From positions 128,001 to 192,000 of the forward strand of contig CAZLEV010000002.1 in assembly GCA_964558645.1 (NCBI GenBank): 64,000 nt of DNA, given 5' to 3'. Each line of letters opens with the position of its first letter. Position 1 is the first letter of the stretch. The position numbers were made by a program, and so were the translations under genes. This document shows positions 58,279-64,000 of this stretch, piece by piece. This stretch comes from an uncultured archaeon. Its GTDB lineage: Archaea; Asgardarchaeota; Thorarchaeia; Thorarchaeales; Thorarchaeaceae. The notes beneath the pieces were generated by a model that saw only the letters and a program-made list of their open reading frames with translations, had not been told where the DNA came from and made no database searches.

Positions 58279-59580
58279 GTGAGAGAGATGAAGGCCAAAC
58301 GGATTCTGCGATATATCTTGCTTCTGCTCTGCTATGCCATCATAGGCCTCTTTGGATTCATCACAGTCCTCTACCTCTTCCTTGACTCATCCACGCTCGG
58401 CTGGCTCATCACTCTGATCTATCCCAGTGTTGCACCACTCCTCTTCATCCTAGTTCTGACAAGTGGAGTGATAATCATCAGGTTCTCCTTCATGAGGAAA
58501 CGAAGAGAGATGGCAGTCGTTGGGGCCATCTGTACCTTCATCTTCATCGGAGCCATCATCCCCTACCCAGCGATTCCCTTTGGTCTTGCTGAGACCGAGC
58601 AGCAGATGTTGTCAGTCTATGGGACACAGTACACCGACCTAGATACTTCAGGAATGAGACCTGTTCCCTACTCAGTCTTCGACAGCCTGTTCGGGATGCC
58701 TATCGATCAGACAGGATTCAATGTCCAACACGACATACCCTATCTCGACAATGGCCAAGACACCTTCCGCTTCGACTGGTACTGTCCTGCGGGAGAGGGT
58801 CCATTCCCCGTGATCATAGCAATCCATGGTGGTGCATGGGTTCTTGGCAACAAAGGGAGCATGAACATCCCCCTCTTCAACAAGTACTTCGCGTCGAGGG
58901 GATTTGCTGTGTTCGATATTCAATACGGGCTCTTTGACGTCTCAACCCTGCCCGAGAGTTCGTTCGGTGTGTTCTCCAATCTTGCCTCACTTACTTCCTT
59001 CACCTACAATGGGAGCTACAACATTGAGGATCAGGTCGAGAACGTAGGGTATTTCACGAAGATGCTCGAACTCAACAGCTCAAGATACAGGGTGGACATG
59101 GGCAATGTCTTCGTTGTGGGAAGGTCGGCAGGAGGAAATCTTGCATCTCTCGTGACTCTGGGCCACAAGAACCCGTTGTTTGCAGGTAACTTCTCCACCA
59201 CCATGACTGTCAGAGGGGGCATCTGGGTCTATCCGGTGACCAACATCACGAGGGATGAGTCAGGCTCCTTTGACCCCTTTGTTGAAGGAAACCTCCCTAT
59301 CGAGGAGCAGTACAAGAAGCTCTTTGCAGCCTCGCTCATCTCGAACAGCACGGTTGTTCCTCCCATCATGATTGTCCATGGGAGTAAGGATGGACTGGCC
59401 GACTATGAGAGTCAGGGAGTGAGATTCTATCGGCTAGCGAATAGCCTTGGGCGCAGATGCATTCTCATCACCATCCCGTGGGCAGGACATGGCTTTGACT
59501 ACAACTTCTATGGCTACGGAGGACAGATCTCGACGTACTACATTGAACGTTTTATGGCCGTAGAACTGGGAGGTGAATAG
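58279..59580 (+). CDS. Membrane-anchored HSL-like esterase/lipase
   Basis: Three N-terminal TMs, IHGGAW, GRSAGG, HGSKD and AGHGFD. Confidence 0.9.
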   Translation: MREMKAKRILRYILLLLCYAIIGLFGFITVLYLFLDSSTLGWLITLIYPSVAPLLFILVLTSGVIIIRFSFMRKRREMAVVGAICTFIFIGAIIPYPAIPFGLAETEQQMLSVYGTQYTDLDTSGMRPVPYSVFDSLFGMPIDQTGFNVQHDIPYLDNGQDTFRFDWYCPAGEGPFPVIIAIHGGAWVLGNKGSMNIPLFNKYFASRGFAVFDIQYGLFDVSTLPESSFGVFSNLASLTSFTYNGSYNIEDQVENVGYFTKMLELNSSRYRVDMGNVFVVGRSAGGNLASLVTLGHKNPLFAGNFSTTMTVRGGIWVYPVTNITRDESGSFDPFVEGNLPIEEQYKKLFAASLISNSTVVPPIMIVHGSKDGLADYESQGVRFYRLANSLGRRCILITIPWAGHGFDYNFYGYGGQISTYYIERFMAVELGGE

Positions 59581-59582
59581 GT

Positions 59583-60011
59583 GTGCAGGCGATAGAACAT
59601 CTCACAAGCCGCACAGTGCTGAGGATATACTCGTTCCTGACGTCGTTGATATTGACCCTCAGTATTCTTTTGTCTCAATTCGGTACCATGGGCAGTTTCC
59701 TGATCCAATCGACCGCGTCGGCAACAATCGTTGTTGGGACCCTTCTCATGCTATTCCAAATCCTGCTGGCCATTCAGCTAGCAGACAGAAATGACAATGT
59801 CGGATGGGTCCTCCATCTGTTCGCATATGTGACATTGTTAGTCATGATATTCTCATTTCTCTCAGTGGTCGGAGCCACGTTTCTCTCGTCCTTTTCCGTC
59901 GTCGGAGGGAATCTCATGGTCATTGCTGTGATTGGGTATACCATGCAGGCCAGCTTTGGAATATGCCTTTCAGCAGTCTGCTATCACTTCCTACAGATTG
60001 AAGAGGCCTGA
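59583..60011 (+). CDS. Hypothetical 4-TM membrane protein
   Basis: Hydrophobic ORF 2 nt after the esterase stop, with GGAGGTG upstream. Confidence 0.7.
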   Translation: MQAIEHLTSRTVLRIYSFLTSLILTLSILLSQFGTMGSFLIQSTASATIVVGTLLMLFQILLAIQLADRNDNVGWVLHLFAYVTLLVMIFSFLSVVGATFLSSFSVVGGNLMVIAVIGYTMQASFGICLSAVCYHFLQIEEA

Positions 60012-60166
60012 CAGAAGTAGTCGATAGAAGGCGTCGGATATACTGCAACGAGATTTCTCTCTCCAAATGTGCTTAGCGGTACAGGAGTATGTTCAGGAAC
60101 CTCGCGATCGGCCATTCATCCTCTTTGAGGCTTTTCCACCGTGGTTAATCTGCCACATCTGGACCC

Positions 60167-60781
60167 TTACGCAGGATAACCAACTGTCTGAGCAAACAGA
60201 ACCCGCTGAGTGGGACGGAGGTCGAACTCGGCTCTGACACGATCTCTATCGCAGTTATGGAACCATGTTGCCAGTCCCTCCAACGCAGCAAAGAGGTGGA
60301 CGTTCTGCACGATGAATCCAGTATCTGTATAGTAGTACGATTTCTGGACTTCTAGGTCACCAATGAGGGGGTCAGGCGGCGCAGGCCCAAGGTCATACCG
60401 TGAGAAACCTGCGACATAGAAGATGTTCACAGGGGCGTCCTTGGTGAGCTTTGATGTTCCACGGTTGATGGACAGCGTGCGAAAGTCCGCGTCAGCAATG
60501 GGGATCAGCTGATGAGGAGCTGTCTCATACTGGAGACCGTCCTTCAGAGCGACATAGAGACCGACCCCCTGTGAGTTGCTTGCCGATGCAGCCGTGCGGC
60601 CGGGTCTGCCAAAAGATGCCTTCTCACGATTCACTCGGAAAACCGCCCAGAGGATGTTTGAGAGGACCTGTAGTGGAAGTTCTCTTGGACCGATTTTCCG
60701 GGTGGTCTGCCTGAGTTGCAGGGTTTCCAGTAGGGGCTTACCACCTCCTCTCTCAGGATCTACTAAGATGATTGGATCCAT
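60167..60781 (-). CDS. Nitroreductase-family (SagB-like) protein, possibly decaying
   Basis: LSNILWA..VNR, RTAASASNSQ, DTGFIVQNVHLFA..GL and FAQTVGYP. Confidence 0.8.
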   Translation of the reverse strand: MDPIILVDPERGGGKPLLETLQLRQTTRKIGPRELPLQVLSNILWAVFRVNREKASFGRPGRTAASASNSQGVGLYVALKDGLQYETAPHQLIPIADADFRTLSINRGTSKLTKDAPVNIFYVAGFSRYDLGPAPPDPLIGDLEVQKSYYYTDTGFIVQNVHLFAALEGLATWFHNCDRDRVRAEFDLRPTQRVLFAQTVGYPA

Positions 60782-60789
60782 CGTGCATC

Positions 60790-61620
60790 CTACTCCGCCT
60801 CTAGGTCACATTTCTGATAGACAGCGTCGATGCCACCGCCCACAATCTCGATGTCATCTATCTCTCCCATGCCGGCCTCATGGAGCCAGCGTATATGGCC
60901 TGTGGTATAGGAATCGATGCCGTTGCATCTGTGCACCTGTTGCATCTACGGCCACCGGGTCGACACAGGCTATGATTGTGTCCATCTTCACCGGTATGCC
61001 ACTCCATGGCCCCCTGCCGGACTTACCGAAGAAGCCATCGATGAAACTGAGAGTGGGTGGTAGAGTCTTGCAGATGTTGTAGACGAAGTTGTTGGTTCCG
61101 AACTTTTGCATGGCGTATTTGTTACGGGTCGTGGCATACCGAACATGTTCTTCAGACCCATCGTGATTGTTGTATGACCCAGTGTCTTCATGCTTGGTAC
61201 AGTGATGATAGCTGACTATACAGCGAGCCGGGCTACGTCGAACCTCTCAATGGCACGATGACCCTCTACCTCCATTTCGACCGCGTCACCGAGCCTTCCT
61301 GTGTTGATGTACTCAGAACCCAGTCGCTCGATAACTTCCATCATACCTGTTTCAACGATTGCCCCGTCTGGTGATGAGATCCCACCCTCCGTTTCAACCA
61401 CTATGGCCTTCTTGTCGAGTTCCATGACCTTCATGATCACAGCTTCCACCACTACAGGGTCGGTTGTTATGCCCCTCTCGAAGGTGTGGTTTGTGATCAG
61501 ATTCGGTTTCACTAAGACAGTGTCATAGGGGGAAGGAACCTCCCCGAAAGGTATCAGCCCCATTGCCCTGAATACGGGTTCAACTCCACGTTCTCCCTTC
61601 ACAACAGCTACCAGAGACAT
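60790..61620 (-). pseudogene. DUF362-domain pseudogene
   Basis: VLVKPNL, TTDP, in-frame TAG at 61216-61218, PSMKT..H..ITMGLKNMFG, a frameshift near 61135, IDG...GP...DPVAVDA, and a second frameshift near 60925. Confidence 0.85.
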
Positions 61621-61843
61621 GGCACCATTTATAGCGAATCAGGCATTTAAGTCTTGGAAGGGATAGAGGATGTTCCTTGTGACAATCCTATGATTCTGGC
61701 AGTCTTCTTACATAGATGTGTTCTCTACTGCTGAGAGCTGCAGATGTGATTTCTGGCCGCCAGACAGAAATGACAAACTACAAGTTTAACAGCAAAGAAG
61801 GTGATAGAAGAATGTCAGAAAGAATCAGGATGGTGGTTTTTCA

Positions 61844-62068
61844 ATGCAAGTAGAATACGACCAGGTTGCAGATGCCGTCTACTTCAGACTGAGAGGAGAA
61901 AAGGTGGTGGAGAGTGTTGAGATTTCTGACGGAGTAGTTGTCGACTACGATGCTAAGGGGGAGATCTGTGGTATTGAGATTCTTGCCTTTTCAAAGAAGG
62001 AGCTAGATCTCAACAGGCTGGTGAAGCTTCGGGACGAAGAGCTGGTCGCTGAGGTTGCTACGGCGTGA
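61844..62068 (+). CDS. DUF2283-family protein (putative antitoxin)
   Basis: YDQVADAVYFRL...VVVDYDAKGEICGIEIL. Confidence 0.88.
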   Translation: MQVEYDQVADAVYFRLRGEKVVESVEISDGVVVDYDAKGEICGIEILAFSKKELDLNRLVKLRDEELVAEVATA

Positions 62069-62307
62069 TTGTCTTCACGAAGCATGCCCTCGAGAGAATG
62101 AGGCAACGTAGCATCACCAGGGATGAGGTTGTTCTAGTGTTAGCCAAATCAGATGAGAGTTTGACTGATAGATCTGGACACTCGATTGCTCAGATGGAGC
62201 GCAATGGAAAGATTCTGAGAGTCTTCTTCACTGAGAGAGATGACAACATCATTGTAATCACGGTCTACAAGACAAGCAAAGAGAAGTACAGAATAGAGCA
62301 GACCTAG
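62065..62307 (+). CDS. DUF4258-family protein (putative RelE-like toxin)
   Basis: FTKHALERMRQRSIT...LRVFF...IIVITVY, with a GTGA overlap. Confidence 0.85.
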   Translation: MIVFTKHALERMRQRSITRDEVVLVLAKSDESLTDRSGHSIAQMERNGKILRVFFTERDDNIIVITVYKTSKEKYRIEQT

Positions 62308-62551
62308 ATTATAGTGGCGTAAGAGGTTTCTGGCTTGGGGTATAGCAACAGCTACAGAAAACTTGGGCAAAGTTGGACATCTCAGACTAGGATTTCAGAG
62401 CGATGTTTTCAGTCAACACTGGAGTACAGACCTGTACTCAGCATCCGGTCGCACTTTTGAAACCATCAATGTACTATCAGACGCCAAGACTGCTCGCGCT
62501 TCTTGCCTCCTCTCAGGGCTTAAAGACCTTCTATGTCAGCTTCAGCATTCA

Positions 62552-63040
62552 TCAAGACGTTGGAATGAGGCCGAACCTTGTCACCAGCAGTACCATAGCA
62601 CCAGCAGCCATGAGTCCAAGCCCAAAGACAATGACATTATTGTTGACACCGAGAGTCGTGAGTATCACGTCCATGAATAGCGATTCGTCGGAGTCCGTCA
62701 CAAACACAAGAGCATAATAACCCGGGGAGGGTATTCCCACTATGTCAACAAACGAGGTTATGTTCTCAGCAGCAAATAGGGGGGACAGAAGACTTAGTGA
62801 CTTGTTCTGTACAATGGTCTCGTTGGCGTCCTGCCATGTCACGAGGTACATCGAGAATTCGACAGGTCTGAAGGGCTGGGTTGCGTTGACATGGATGTCT
62901 TGATTAGTTCCAAACACGAGGCCCTCAGGGGAGCCCCTCTGGACAGAAACATATGTGGGATAGACATGTGTACCGTTACCGACTCCTGTCGCTAGGCAGA
63001 CTAGTCCGACTAGGAACAAGGCGTAAGCTAATCGCTTCAC
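62552..63040 (-). CDS. Hypothetical membrane-anchored protein
   Basis: N- and C-terminal TMs; lies downstream of the ABC permease. Confidence 0.7.
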   Translation of the reverse strand: MKRLAYALFLVGLVCLATGVGNGTHVYPTYVSVQRGSPEGLVFGTNQDIHVNATQPFRPVEFSMYLVTWQDANETIVQNKSLSLLSPLFAAENITSFVDIVGIPSPGYYALVFVTDSDESLFMDVILTTLGVNNNVIVFGLGLMAAGAMVLLVTRFGLIPTS

Positions 63041-63049
63041 ATCAACACC

Positions 63050-63829
63050 TCAGAACTCTGTCCTTTTGAAGACCCAGATGCTGACGAAGAGGACTACAAG
63101 GCCTAATCCAACAGATACAGCAAGGCCGGTAAGTATGTCAGGAACCGAGATCATGCCATAACGGCCGGTCAGGAAGCCGAGTGTAGTACTCAGAGGAAGA
63201 AGTAACGCCAAAAACATAGGGGCAATTTCCAAGCTCCCCAGTAGGGTGAAGGACACTATCCAGTAAGCACTCCCTACTACTAGAGTCGATGACACCTTCT
63301 TAGTGACGACCGCGATAGGTGTAGACACAGCACAGAGAACGAACACTTGTGCCCATACGCCGCTGATTACAAGGCCTAGACTCTCCAGAGACGGAAAACC
63401 CGGGATGACAAGCCATACTACACACAGAAGAGCTGTTGTGATTGTCGAAGCCAGTAACAAGACCATTAGCACCACTTTCGTCAGAACCAGCTCTAGCCTC
63501 TTGATGGGATAGGTGAGGAGTGTCCGCACATAGCCGTCCTCTATGGGACCCGCTATTGAAAGGGCCACTAAGACAGGTACTATGATTCCTAGCCAGATGG
63601 CCCATAGACTCATACTCGTTTCCATCACGATTTCTGGTGAAGCGAATATGACCTGGGAGAAGCGGTCATAGTGTCCGACACCAAAAGGCATCACAGGCCA
63701 GACAGTAAATGAGTTCCAAAATGTCCCAAGAAAAATGACGCCTATGACCCCCTCTGCTATTGGATATCTGTAAGCGGAACCAGTCTCAATTCTTAGTACA
63801 GCTAGGATCCGTTCAGTCCATTCCTTCAT
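63050..63829 (-). CDS. ABC-2 type exporter permease
   Basis: About six TMs, IEDGYVRTLLTYPIKR...TK motif, ending in FKRTEF. Confidence 0.85.
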   Translation of the reverse strand: MKEWTERILAVLRIETGSAYRYPIAEGVIGVIFLGTFWNSFTVWPVMPFGVGHYDRFSQVIFASPEIVMETSMSLWAIWLGIIVPVLVALSIAGPIEDGYVRTLLTYPIKRLELVLTKVVLMVLLLASTITTALLCVVWLVIPGFPSLESLGLVISGVWAQVFVLCAVSTPIAVVTKKVSSTLVVGSAYWIVSFTLLGSLEIAPMFLALLLPLSTTLGFLTGRYGMISVPDILTGLAVSVGLGLVVLFVSIWVFKRTEF

Positions 63830-64000
63830 AGATTACCTCCTTAAATGCATCTTCTAGGGCAGATGACTCCTCAATACTGAAGACCTTCACCCCAGTCCTT
63901 GCTGCTTCTTGCTCAATGGTTCCGAGTACGTCCCTGATATCACCTTCAATCTTGATACTGACAGTATTTGGCCCCATGGTTCGGACGTCGAGTAGCCCCT
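63813..64000 (-). CDS. C-terminal end of a probable ABC ATPase (partial)
   Basis: Reads ...GVKVFSIEESSALEDAFKEVIYEGMD*; the LEDAF tail is typical of ABC-2 ATPases, and it overlaps the permease start. Confidence 0.6.
   Translation of the reverse strand, partial: GLLDVRTMGPNTVSIKIEGDIRDVLGTIEQEAARTGVKVFSIEESSALEDAFKEVIYEGMD

Noticed and set aside
61216-61218. In-frame TAG in DUF362 as possible readthrough
   Set aside because: Two additional frameshifts disrupt the same gene.
1-64000. Selenoprotein (in-frame TGA) candidates among redox genes, and tRNA/rRNA genes
   Set aside because: The Trx, OsmC and YkgJ active-site positions use ordinary codons, and I recognised no tRNA cloverleaf or rRNA signature by eye. 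A tRNAscan/Infernal run would be needed to exclude them.

Overview
This is a 64 kb archaeal chromosomal segment. The archaeal PriL, ABCE1/RLI and class V FBP aldolase/phosphatase, together with many membrane-anchored TSP3-repeat, beta-helix and prenyltransferase-repeat proteins, suggest an Asgard (Thorarchaeia-like) genome; the taxonomy is inference. The left half (1-33 kb) is mostly housekeeping and metabolism: parvulin, two FBP aldolase types, uridine phosphorylase, ABCE1, an OGG1-type glycosylase, PriL and DUF763. It also holds a four-gene MacB/LolCDE-type ABC transporter transcribed divergently from two tandem surface proteins with a catalytically dead M28 domain and TSP3 repeats. The right half is accessory. 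It contains (i) a low-GC membrane-anchored CHAT (caspase-like) protease paired with a prenyltransferase-repeat protein; (ii) a predicted defence island with a HARE-HTH/EVE-like/PD-(D/E)xK nuclease, a tandem thioredoxin, a HEPN-STAND-TPR-cold-shock protein and GmrSD; (iii) a bacterial-type catalase block bracketed by a ~550 bp diverged direct duplication; (iv) a CBS/CGL pair, two pseudogenes and a DUF2283/DUF4258 toxin-antitoxin pair. I recognised no rRNA, tRNA, CRISPR array or transposase. All domain calls come from reading motifs by eye; no database search was run.
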